Notes under the pieces: generated by a model
What the model saw: the letters and a program-made list of their open reading frames with translations, nothing else
Told to the model about the DNA's origin: nothing
Databases searched by the model: none
Source of the DNA: Octopus sinensis
Lineage: Eukaryota
DNA length: 64,000 nucleotides
Assembly (NCBI RefSeq): GCF_006345805.1
Contig: NC_042998.1
Span: 116,002,001-116,066,000 of the forward strand
Reading direction: 5' to 3'
Program-made: the position numbers and the translations under genes
In this document: positions 13,006 through 24,220 of the stretch, piece by piece
Position numbering within the stretch: position 1 is the first letter of the stretch
How the letters are laid out: every line of letters starts with the position of its first letter

Positions 13006-13053
13006 TAACACAACGTTTCGGCTGATATACCCCCCAGCCTTCATCAGGTATCT
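13006..13053 (-). ncRNA. Minimal type-I hammerhead ribozyme motif
   Basis: GAUAC-CUGAUGA-A-GGCUG(GGGGGUAUAU)CAGCC-GAAAC-GUU-GUGUU: intact core, 5-bp stem II, palindromic AACGUU stem III, stem I GAUAC/GUGUU. Confidence 0.75.
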
Positions 13054-13208
13054 TTGAGAAATTTCTCATTCCTAAGGTATTTTTCGATGTTATTATTATT
13101 ATTATTCAGTAGTTTTATTTTTATAGCGTGCTTTCACTTCACTACCGAGCACAGCTCTGTGTGCCTTGGGTATGTGCTGTGATTTGTTGTGATGCTTTGA
13201 TGGTTATT

Positions 13209-13209
<1 letters not shown>

Positions 13210-13282
<73 letters not shown>
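13210..13282. repeat. (ATT)n microsatellite
   Basis: Direct inspection. Confidence 0.97.
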
Positions 13283-13286
<4 letters not shown>

Positions 13287-13294
13287 TCACTGCC

Positions 13295-14527
13295 AAATTC
13301 TGCACCTTGTATTTCAGTGACCTGTGGCTCCTCCATCTCTAGGTTCTCTCGGAACCTAGTGATATTGCTGAAGAAATCATCTTCCTCATTTTCATTGCTG
13401 GTGGTGCTGCTGCCCTCCTCATTGGTGTCCATTAGGACTGACTCTACGATAGTCTCTATGCGTTCGTTAGTTTGCTAACCTGGCTATTATCATACTGCTC
13501 CAGCCAGAACAGGTTACTCGGAGTGGAAGACAGTGGCTAGCTGGCACTCCAGGTCTTCTAGGAGGAGCCTAAACTTTTTCGTGATGCCTGCCAGTATCAC
13601 CTTTAACCAGGAAACTGTAGCACAAAAGATGCTTGAACTTGGCCTTCTTCAGTTTCATGACGGTAGTCGCTACAGTTGTCAGAAGGCTCCCGAGATAGAC
13701 CTACTCCTTTTTCTGGATTTTATCTAAGGCTTTGGCACCATTAGACATCAGCAAGGCGTACACTATCAAGAAGCCGACATCAGAATCAATGAAGGTCTAC
13801 AGTTTCTGTTGTGTCATCACCTTGTGGACAGTTCTCCTATTCTTCTCCAAAAGGTTGTTGAGGACAACAGATTCACAGGTAGAGTTCCATCTGGTACTGT
13901 CGGGGACCACCAGCCTCCTCTTCAATTGTCGAGAATGCTGTCTGCCGCCACCATGCCGCGGATCTACAGATTCCACAGCCGCTGTGCCTTGGACATGGCC
14001 TTCCTGTAGGCTGAATGGAAAGAAGTGCTCTCAAGAGGATTGTTGGCATCCACGTTACCAATTTTAAGGTATGGACTGCTCACGTCATGTCTACTAGCTG
14101 GTTTTGGGATGACTGCTGGACTCGTCAAGGATGGCATCAACAAAGATGCACTCAATTTCGGCCGTATCCCCAGCCTCAGGATCCACATCCAGGTCCACAT
14201 TCTCGACGATCTCCACGTCCGGATCGGCAGCAGCCTCAGGAATGTCTGGCAAGCTTTCAACTTCTGCACCAAACTGCATAAATGCCCTAGCAAAGTTATT
14301 CCTATTGTCCGCCGTGGTCCTGGTCATCTTGTCTTGCAGATGGAACTTGTAATGCGTGCCCACCATGGCCTGAGCGAGAACATCAAAAGTATGGTGTCTT
14401 CTGAGCCGAGAGCAGGCGGCGCATTGTCTCGTGCGAGTCATGCGATCCAGCCAGTGTGCTGTCATCCCTACGTATGACCTGTTGTGGGCCGAAAAGTCCG
14501 CGGTGATCGCCACCCAGGGGACATCGA
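13295..14527 (-). mobile_element. hAT-superfamily transposase fragment (pseudogene)
   Basis: AITADFSAHNRSYVGMTAHW...CSRLRRHHTFDVLA...TTADNRNNFARAF (hAT D..W/T.HW and TDN..N motifs); KAQRLWN; PDSTRWNST. Locally GC-richer, frameshifted, no TIRs seen. Confidence 0.85.
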
Positions 14528-14575
14528 TAATTTAAAAATGTTAAACTGTAAAGAGACATGTAAAATTAAAAACTT

Positions 14576-14680
<105 letters not shown>

Positions 14681-14773
14681 TTTTATTTATATTTCCTGAG
14701 CGCCATACTAATACAATTGTTCGTTTGTTTTCCACCTGCCTTCGTCTTTTGTTTATTTTCATAAAGCTTCCCG

Positions 14774-14817
<44 letters not shown>

Positions 14818-15239
14818 CCTGTCAATATTATGGAGAATGACATTGGAATCAGTGACTGATTTCACAAAATGACAATGTCAAAACTATAAATTAATCAAGG
14901 TGGCTAGCAGAAATTTAAAACGATCAAGGAAACAGTTCACCGTCACTACATATAAAGTGATGCAGAGTATGATCAAGGCCACTAGAAAAAAACAAAACAA
15001 AAATAAACATAACTAATCTCCCATCAGTATCTCAAGGCAAGCTGAAATGGTGTTTGTGAGCAAGTGGTTTGTACAATTTTCGTTAGTAGGAAGGAGGCAG
15101 GACATTTGATCGCAGTATCTTATGACCATATTTTGTTTATAGAAATCACACACATTGTAGTTGAATATTTCTTACTTGTCTGTTCTAAATTCCTAGGAAT
15201 ATTGCTTATAATTTGAAGCCGTGTAATTAAACTTTTGCA

Positions 15240-15915
15240 AATAGTGGCTTTACTTCGTTCAGCGACGCGTTGGGTCGCTTAATGCTTAACGAAGGAAGTT
15301 TAGAACGTTGGAGGTGCGGTTCTGAGATAAAATTACTGCCAGGCTACACTCGGCAACCCTCTTAAAATCTGATGAGGTGCTACCTCTGCCCATATACCTT
15401 AGAAAGCGTGCTTCCAGGGTAAGGATAGAAGACATACCCCCGGAAATAAATGCACCCTTGCTAGTAGCTGCTTTACTACTCAGCATGGAAGGAAGGTAAT
15501 GGTCGACGATGTAATACTCAGGGTTAGAATGGAGGTAAGGGTCCATCATTGTTACAAATGTGGCCAAAAAGGTCACATTACGGCGGAATATCCTCCACCT
15601 CCCATAAAGTCACAAGAGGCACCCGTGATTGTAAAAGAATCTGTACCTCCACCGCCGGCAAGAACCAGTGGAAGGGAGATCAGCACAGAGGAAGAAGGAG
15701 AAAATAAGACCGAAGACGGATGGGAAACTGCAGGAAAGAAGAGCAGAAAGAAGAGAAAAAGGCACAATATGTGAATGATAAACCCCATCCCACACTTACC
15801 CGACTCCCACCTAAACCCACATTACCGCACCCTTCCCCTGCAGATACCAAACCTCACTCTACCCCCACCTGTCACTGAAAAATTAATCACAAGCACACAA
15901 GAGCCCCTAATTTCC
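15240..15915 (+). mobile_element. LINE ORF1 (gag-like, Tx1/L1-type) relic
   Basis: Zinc knuckle CYKCGQKGHITAEY (CX2CX4HX4C with last C lost), Pro-rich stretch and WETAGKKSRKKRKR, typical of Tx1-type ORF1. Confidence 0.65.
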
Positions 15916-16029
15916 CAACCCTCATCCTTTTCATTCGAATTTTTTGTCCCCGCCTTTGTGTTTTTGTCTGTCCTTTTATTGTCCCCTCTATTTTGGTCCC
16001 GTGTGGGCAATAAAGAAATAAGTTCGTGC

Positions 16030-16815
16030 TAGTTCCGCAGTTCGTTTGTTGATAGTTTAAAGTTGGAGTTCAAAGTTTGCAGTTCGTGTTAGCGTGCTGG
16101 ATTGTGGGTTCTTACAAGATTGTTGTTACGTTCCGTGTGGTTGCTGCCGTTTGTTTCGATTATATTATTGACCCTATACTATTGGACAATTGTACTAGCC
16201 TAGTGGTGGTCCTAATTTTCGCATTGATTTTCCTTAAAATGTCTTTACTAATAATGCCAAGTTCTGATTTAGCTGGGTTAATAAGCCTACATTTAGTGTT
16301 GGATAGGGAGTTCTATTTGTGGTCTTTGGTAGTAATAAATGCCTCTTTTTTATCTAATTTAAGTCTAGCGGAGATAACGCTAGATTCTTTGTTAATTTCG
16401 TTATAGGTCTGTGGCCTAGCCTTGGTGTAATTATTGATGATGCTGCTGTGTAGGAGTTGTGAATACGTGGTGTTTTCTACCAGGTACAAGTTTTTGGTTT
16501 TGTCGAAAAAAATGTGCCTTTCTTTTGAGCTTTTTATGTAATTTATATCTTTTTTCAGTTTTTGTTGGAAAGTGTTAAAAGACTTACGAAATTTTATTTT
16601 GTTCATAAGCTTCAGTAGGACCGCTTCGAAATCTTCCAAGCGTTTGATCTTTGGAAGGAATTTCTTAGATTTTATACCATAGAATATACTTTCTGTAGTG
16701 TCCACTTCCGTGTTGTAAAGAAAGCATTCCATCTCATGCGCTTAATCAGGTCTGTAATTTTCGCCAAGAGTATAGTTCCCTTGATGGTATAGGTACGTTT
16801 TTCATAGAATAATCG
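16030..16815 (-). mobile_element. Penelope-like element, N-terminal/early RT region relic
   Basis: MKNVPIPS...; YGIKSKK...IKFRKSFNTFQQKLKKDI...DKTKNLY...AFITTKDHK...CRLINPAKSELGIISK, a conserved PLE N-terminal RT segment. Confidence 0.8.
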
Positions 16816-16911
16816 ATGTAATAGGCGTCCTTATTGAATTCGCACATATATGCACGTATGTATGTATTCTCATATATTTCTCATATATTTGGATATCATT
16901 GTTGCTTATTT

Positions 16912-16970
<59 letters not shown>

Positions 16971-17433
16971 CATATACGTATATCCTTTATTCTATATTAA
17001 AATTATGGAGAAAGCAATCTGTCTTTTTAAGTATTCTACATTATACCACTAAACGTCATCCTAAACGAAGCAGAGTTTAGCATCTGGCTAAAATATGTTT
17101 GAAGGCACTTATTCTTTATATAGTAGATATTATTATCGATATTTTAAATATAGTAGTATTGTGATATACAACGTTACAATTTATAAATAGGCGAATGTTT
17201 TCTGTGGGTAAGATCGAATATACAATGTTATGATTTATAAGTCGGCGAAAAGTTTTCCTTGGGTATTATTAAATATACAGAAGCCTCGTTTCTTAAAGTA
17301 AGTGAAAAAAGCATGAACACGTCTTTAATTCTCAATACAAAACATGTGACTGAACGGAGTAAAGTAATGTCAGTGTAATCTAGATCGTATCACTAATAAT
17401 TTGATACAAACAATGGCGACAGAACATTGAAAA

Positions 17434-17466
<33 letters not shown>

Positions 17467-17470
17467 GGTG

Positions 17471-17512
<42 letters not shown>
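17434..17512. repeat. (GTA)n/(GTG)n microsatellite
   Basis: Direct inspection. Explains the poly-Val ORF. Confidence 0.96.
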
Positions 17513-18083
17513 TATCCTAATCAACATTCTAAATATCATTGGAAATTGTTAGCGTTAGAGGTTATTTATGCTATTATTTTATTGACTGCAACATTGTCTC
17601 CAGCAGAGAACACAATAAAAAGTATCAAATATTTGACTTTTGGACAAAAGTTAACGAAAATCAACTTAAAACTCAACAACCTTCTTTGAATTTGTTTTCA
17701 ATTTCAGATGTTTGTTTTTCTTTTTCAGTTATAGACCTTTGTTAAACTCATTCTTAGATGTATTTTATTTTTTTATAATTTTCCTTTTTTAGTTATCAGT
17801 TTAAATAAAAGTTTTGAATGTGTTTTGTTTCATTTTGTATTAGACAAATATATTATTTTAAAAAATGTATTTGTTATTTTTTATTCAGCAAATAAAGAGA
17901 AATTCTCTCTGTATTTAGATTTTAATTTGCCGAAAGAAAACAATATAACAGACAAAGATAAGATGGTTTTAAAGGTATTTTAGGAAAACAATTTCTCCGG
18001 CTTCAAAGAAAACCTGATGAGAAAATAATATAAATTTTCGTATACGTTGAATTGTTTGGAGTTGCACAATCATTGCAGCGCTA

Positions 18084-18297
18084 TGGCGGCATGCTGGTAG
18101 AGACGTTAGCACTCCGGGCGATATGTTTAGCGGTATTTCGTCTGTCTTTACGTTCTGAGTTCAAATTCCGCCGAGGTCGACTTTGCCTTTCATCCTTTCA
18201 GGGTATATAAATTAAGTGCCATTTGCGTACTGGGGTCGATCAAATCGACTGGCCCCTGTGCCCCAAAAGTTTGGGCCTGGTTCCTAGAGTAGAAAAC
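18084..18297 (+). mobile_element. tRNA-derived SINE, family B (best-preserved copy)
   Basis: GGCGG...TGGTAGAGACGTTAGC...GAGTTCAAATTCCGCCGAGGTCGACTTTGCCTTTCATCCTTTC...TACTGGGGTCGAT. Degenerate relatives at ~7.7, 7.9, 18.5-18.9, 37.7, 47.9 and 53.3 kb. Confidence 0.85.
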
Positions 18298-19004
18298 AAT
18301 CATTGCAGTGCTAGAAGAGAAATATTAGTTATTCACTGCGGTGCTCTAGGTTCTGAGTTCAGCGCCTACTCCATCAACATTGTTTTCACCATTTTGAATT
18401 TTATTCTTTGTGGAATAGAGCAAAATGTTTTTCATCTCACTAAATTTTGGTCTTTTGTTCATTTAAAAATCATTATTACTAAGCATTATTGATGGAAAAA
18501 CATGAAGAATGCCGAAAAAATCTTATGAAGTATTTGGTTATCTTCCTTTATGTTATCATTTCGAAACTTAGCATTCCATCCTTCCGTATTTGACTAAATA
18601 CCTACCAATTCAGTACTGGGGTTGATGGTAGCCACTTTCTTCCCTTGGTATTACTACCATTGTTTCCTAAATTAGTGCTATTGAGATAGAAATGTGAATA
18701 GAGAAGTCGCTAGAGAAGCGAAAAATATCGTCACATCGTTTTTCCTAATGCAATCAAATCGGGTCGAGTTTAGCTTTCTCTTTAAACCTTTCACGTCGAT
18801 GAAATAAGGTTTCAGTCATGTACTAGGTTTGATATTATCGTGTAACTCCGCGATGTTATGCGTTTAGGTTGGAATTAGCGAATGGTAGAATCGGCAGAAG
18901 AAAAAAACAATACGTCTTGTAGTAGGTTGTTACGTTAACATGTTTTCAAAAAAGTCAAGCTATTACATTCATCTTTTATGTTTAATGACACAGGTAATAT
19001 TATT

Positions 19005-19207
19005 TTCTACCCTACGCACGAGGCCCAAAATTTTTGGAGAGAGTCCAGTCGATTAGATTGTCCCCAGTACGTAACTGGCATTTAATTTATGGACTTCGAA
19101 AGGATGAAAGGCAAAGTCAACCTCGTCAGAATTTGAACTCAGAACGTAAAGACAGACGAGATTCCTCTAAGCATTTCGCCTGGCATGCTGGCGTTTCTGC
19201 AACGTCC
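19005..19207 (-). mobile_element. SINE family B
   Basis: Reverse complement of the 18.1-kb copy (GAAAGGATGAAAGGCAAAGTCAACCTCG..AATTTGAACTCAGAACGTAAAGAC). Confidence 0.85.
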
Positions 19208-19263
19208 TTTGTTAGTTACGATACACACGTTGATGTGAGTGATGTGTGTGTGTGTGTGAGAGA

Positions 19264-19309
<46 letters not shown>

Positions 19310-19402
19310 TGTGTTTATGTATAATTCAATATCTAATCGAGTGATGAATCATGGTTAAACAAAACAACAAGAACAACAACATGCCTAAACGAGAGATAGC
19401 AA

Positions 19403-19610
19403 GATGGCTGAATCATTAGCATGCTGGGCAAATTGCTGAACGTCATTTCTACCGTCATTATGTTCTGAGTTCAAATTCCGCCGAGGTACACATTACCTTT
19501 CATCTTCTCGGAGGAGTTGATAAAACAAATACAGCTGATGATTTGGGGCAATGGAATCAAATTAACCCATCCCCGAAATTGCTGGCCTTGTGCCATAATT
19601 TGAAACCAAA
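19403..19610 (+). mobile_element. SINE family B
   Basis: GTTCTGAGTTCAAATTCCGCCGAGGT...CCTTTCATC and GCTGGCCTTGTGCC tail. Confidence 0.8.
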
Positions 19611-20679
19611 GTTAAATTGATGTATCTCTAACAATAATTTTTATTTGCCGTAGAAATTTTAACAGAAATTTTCGCAGAGTAAAAGGTGTTCGAGAAGGAA
19701 AATTAATGTGCTAGAATTAATTATTGCACTATTTAATTATGAGCCTTTGCCCTTTAATTCCTCAATCATCTCCGCACTACTTTGTTTGTCGCCCCTTTGG
19801 AATTAATGATGGATGTAGTTATCATATATAGATGCGGAGTCAATAGACTATTCAATTTTCTAGAAACTGCTGTTCTTGAGTCAAATTCATTAATATAGAT
19901 TCTAGCTGTCCATAGCATAACACTTTTACTTTTGAATTATTCTCTATAAACTTGAAGTCATTTATTGATTATTCTTATCTAAGTTCAGAATTATTAGTCA
20001 GCCATTTAGATATTAGATAATAAATGTGTTAATTCTTATCTTAGTGTAAATGTTTCACGAATCTACAATTATACAAAAATTATATTGAAAAGACAAGTCA
20101 ACTGTATCTATAGGATATGAAACAAATAGAGCCGGTATTCTAGATCATATTGGGGTACGATGCTAGATAATTGAGTTACCATTACTTTTTATTTATTTGT
20201 TTTGCAGTTTTCTTTATGCTATCAGAGGCAGAGACGTCGATGCTTTTGCTTCGGGAAGTCATTAAATCTGTTGTTCTTCAATGCCAGAATTACGATTATT
20301 TAGACTCGCGTGTCTAGGAAGTGATTTGATCCCAGGACGTGTGTTGAAAATAAAGTAATCGTAGCATCAAAGACTTATTAACCATTGAAAAACACACTAA
20401 AAAATTTGTGTTTGCTAATTAATGTCAAAGTTTTCGTCGGACTATTTGCGAACAGATTACAGACACAGTTTTCATAAAAGGGGTAGCGATATGTGCGATA
20501 TTCTCTCTATAGAAACAAATGCTCTTCAGAACAATATACATAAACCATACAATTTGTGTGGTTCATGTATATTAAACACACCAAAACGGATTGTCTAACG
20601 GTGGTGCGAGACAAAGAGGTACAACGATGCAAATACGTAGATGCAAACACACTCACAAGTACATATATATACATATATA

Positions 20680-20924
20680 AAAGACCCCCTTCTGTCATGA
20701 ATGACCATGGGATTGCACCTAGAAAGTTACCCTCCTAGACACAAGTCCGGGCAAGGTTGTTTCTGGAAGACCAGCAGTCGCCCATGCATACCAGCCTCCC
20801 CTCTCCACGCCACCAGTGTTATCCAAGGGAAAGACAAAGGTCGATACAGCTTGGCACCAGTGATGTCGCAACTCATTTCTACAGCTGAGTGAACTGGAGC
20901 AACGTGAAATAAAGTGCTTTGCTC
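20680..20924 (-). mobile_element. SINE body, family C core, head missing
   Basis: ACAGCTGAGTGAACTGGAGCAACGTGAAATAAAGTG core shared with the 26.4- and 52.4-kb copies; abuts (TA)n. Confidence 0.7.
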
Positions 20925-20935
20925 ATATATATATA

Positions 20936-21012
<77 letters not shown>

Positions 21013-21304
21013 CATATATATATATATGTATATGTGTATATTCTAATTCGGGAATTATTTATTTTCATGTCATTTTTCATCGATTTGCAATAGATTCTAA
21101 AATGTAGAGATTAAATATTTACACGCGGAAAAGTTTACAACTTCTCACGCGTTTCAGAACGAAGCAACGATGAACAGCCTTCAGAATTATGACATTTTTC
21201 CTGAATTTCATTATAAAACATAAAGGTAAAAACTCACTCAGTGTTTATTTATTCATCTAATTATTTTCTCATATACGTATGAAATATACATGAGACTACA
21301 TAAG

Positions 21305-21354
<50 letters not shown>

Positions 21355-21381
21355 ATATATGTATATATATATATATATGTA

Positions 21382-21446
<65 letters not shown>

Positions 21447-22539
21447 ATATATTTATGTATATATATATCATGTGTGTATATTAAACTTATGCTACACATA
21501 CCTCTACGTATAGAGACAACATATGCAGATATATATATATTTCCATACATATATACATACATAGATATATAGATATATACGAGTACAATGTGTGTGTGTT
21601 TCTGTGTGTGATCGTTATCTGAGAAACTGACATCATTTTTTCTTTATTTTTCTGGAGCAATTTACCCATTCACGTACTCAGGCGCATGCATGACCGAAAT
21701 AGCTTTATTTCATAGTAAAAATCCACCTCGTTGTAAGTAATTAGCAATTTAAGCAAGATATCTTTTCACATAATACAATGCTTCTCTATCTATTGTGTCG
21801 CAATATACATGATAGATATACTTAAAATTGCCGTCATTGTATTCATTCCAATCCTGTACAAGCTCACACACATGATATATATAGACATCGGGTCGGGTTA
21901 TTTGCAATTTCAATAAAAAAAAATTGCTGCAGTTTATGAAACTATCTGATATTGAAAGCAGGAACAATTCTCTCTCTCACACATACATATATATATTCAT
22001 GTGTGTGTGTACAATGCACACACATATATTCATATTTATGTATATATATTATATATATATATATATCTGACACAAGGCTAAATGATGCTGCAAATTTAGC
22101 TGCTGTTAGATAATTCTAAGATTTTGTATTCTTCCTCCTTGTGCTGTAGTAAAATCTCAAATATAAAATCGACGCATAAGTAGCAATGAACGACGTTGAA
22201 TAAATAGCTTTAGGTTAAAGTTGCAAAAACATTGTGCTCCTGTAAATGTATCGCTTCCGCCCGTCTCACAATCTCTTTCTAGGTTTTATATCCTCGTTCT
22301 TCTCTCTCTCGTTTTTATATATATGTATACATACATACATACATACATACATCCATACATACATAAAGATGCACGCACACACATACAAATATAAATATAG
22401 ATATACGTATTTGTCAGTAAGTATGTAAATCGTTGCATAACGAATTCGTGGCATAAAATTAATGCCGGAACTTTTATCATGGATATAAAAACTTTGACTC
22501 AAATGCATACACACACACACGCGTACACACACACGCACG

Positions 22540-22589
<50 letters not shown>

Positions 22590-23231
22590 ACTGTGTTTGT
22601 GTGTATCTCTGTGTATGTATATATATGTTTGTATATCCATGTATGTATGTGTAAGTACATGACAATCACGTCAATTTGTATATGTTAATCTTCATAGTCT
22701 GACTCATTCTTCAGTTTCTTATATCAGTTTGAAGAGATTTCAGGAAGGACAAAGGATTCTTACAGCAGAATAAGCGACTCCGATCAGTGCCAAATCAATT
22801 AGGGTAAATACAAATGTTCACCCTGCTTCAATGCGCACTGAGTGAAAAGTGTGAAAAGTGACGACGCAGGACTGTCGTGAAAAAAAGTTGATGGTCAAAC
22901 ATATGTATTAATACTAATGACCAGTATGTGCGGCTAAACGTAAGAAAAGTACTCGTAACGAAATCTTTCGTTTACTAGTGGACATAGTGCTGTAGTATTG
23001 GTTCCCATTGATAGGAATTTTTGAATGGAAGTTCAAATATGAAAGCATGGGCTTATGCATAATATATGTCAAAGGCAGACCTGACGTCAACTTAGTTTCA
23101 TCTACATTATTTGGGAAATCATCCATCCATCCATCCATCCATCCATACATACATAGCATACATAAGCACGTGTGCGCACGCACACGCACACACACACACA
23201 CACACACTCACACATGCGCATGCATTTTGAA

Positions 23232-23392
23232 AGCCCGTGATACAGTGGTTAGGATTTTGCACCTGAAGATCGTGGTTTCGAATCCCAACCGGCGGTACGT
23301 TATATACATTGTGTTCATTTCACTTTGCTCTTCGCATGACTGTAAATGGGTAACTCTGCGACAGAATGGCGTTCCGTTCAGTGGAAATGTAG
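23232..23392 (+). mobile_element. tRNA-derived SINE relic
   Basis: CAGTGGTTAGG...GATCGTGGTTTCGAATCCC head (A/B box-like), then CTGTAAATGGGTAAC core. Confidence 0.6.
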
Positions 23393-24049
23393 GCAGGCGC
23401 CCTAGTCAACGGGATGTAATCAATCGAAATTTTATTGAAATTATTCGAAAACTAAAACAATGCCAGGAAGATTATTGTGACCGTCGGTGTATAACAACAT
23501 CTGATAAGGTGATGCCGAAGCACACCCACACACTCATACATGCATATATAAAGTGCAAAAGTTACGAAAAACAAACAACAAAAGGTTGATATTAGTTTCA
23601 TGCTGAGAAAATCGGTAAAGGAGGGAAATATCTTTAACGTTATGAGTATTCACCCTTTTCCCGAAGTTTAGCGGATGTTGAGCTTACAGAGGGACGCTGT
23701 AGGGTTCTAGAAGAAAGAGGTTGGAACTGAGGAACACACATACATAAATAAAATAATATAATATATTACGGCGATGCACTTGCTTAGCAAGTGACGTGAA
23801 TCAAATAATTTTTGTGTGTTTTTAAATGGCTTATAAACTCCTTCCACTCTGCAATATAATATATGAAATATATAATATACGTGGCCCGTTAGCAATTCAA
23901 ATCTAAAGGTAAATTAAGAAACGAGAGTACAAATTAGTTCCAACATGGCTAGAAAAAAGGTGTCAAAACACAACTCACAGCTGTTTGAGTGTTTTTCTTA
24001 CCTTTCTTTCTAGCAATGCTGGTACAACTTTGTACCCGCTGAAATCTAC

Positions 24050-24220
24050 AAGCTTTCTTTCTATTCTCTCTCTGTCTATTTTTTTCTTATTCCTTTCTGT
24101 TGAAGAGCGTAGGCTCGAAACCTAAACACTTTTTCATTTTCCGGAGCGTTAAACTAATACACTTGCTTGTTGTTCACACACCTATCTTCGTCTTTTGTTA
24201 TTCTGCAAATTACAACTATA
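24050..24220 (+). mobile_element. Short Penelope-pLTR-like repeat with variant hammerhead motif
   Basis: CTTT-CTGTTGA-A-GAGC-GTAG-GCTC-GAAAC at 24093-24121. Homologous copy at 60285-60445; related tail at 14685-14775. Confidence 0.6.

Larger units (their letters stand above)
12945..13294 (-). mobile_element. SINE-like repeat with (AAT)n array and a hammerhead motif, truncated where the hAT fragment begins
   Basis: Minus strand reads GGCAGTGACCTG(AAT)n...ATACCTTAGGAATGAGAA...hammerhead motif...AATGTAAATAATGTAACTAATG tail. SINE identity rests on recollection of octopus repeats. Confidence 0.6.

Noticed and set aside
18014-18050. CUGAUGA-GAAAAU/AUUUUC hammerhead-like stem; similar partial hits at ~24635, ~53138 and ~62253
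   Set aside because: GAAA or stems I and III are missing; such partial matches are plausible by chance in AT-rich DNA.
22081-22113. AANLAA resembling SYTANLAAF (M3)
   Set aside because: Wrong strand, lacks SYT and F, and a stop follows.
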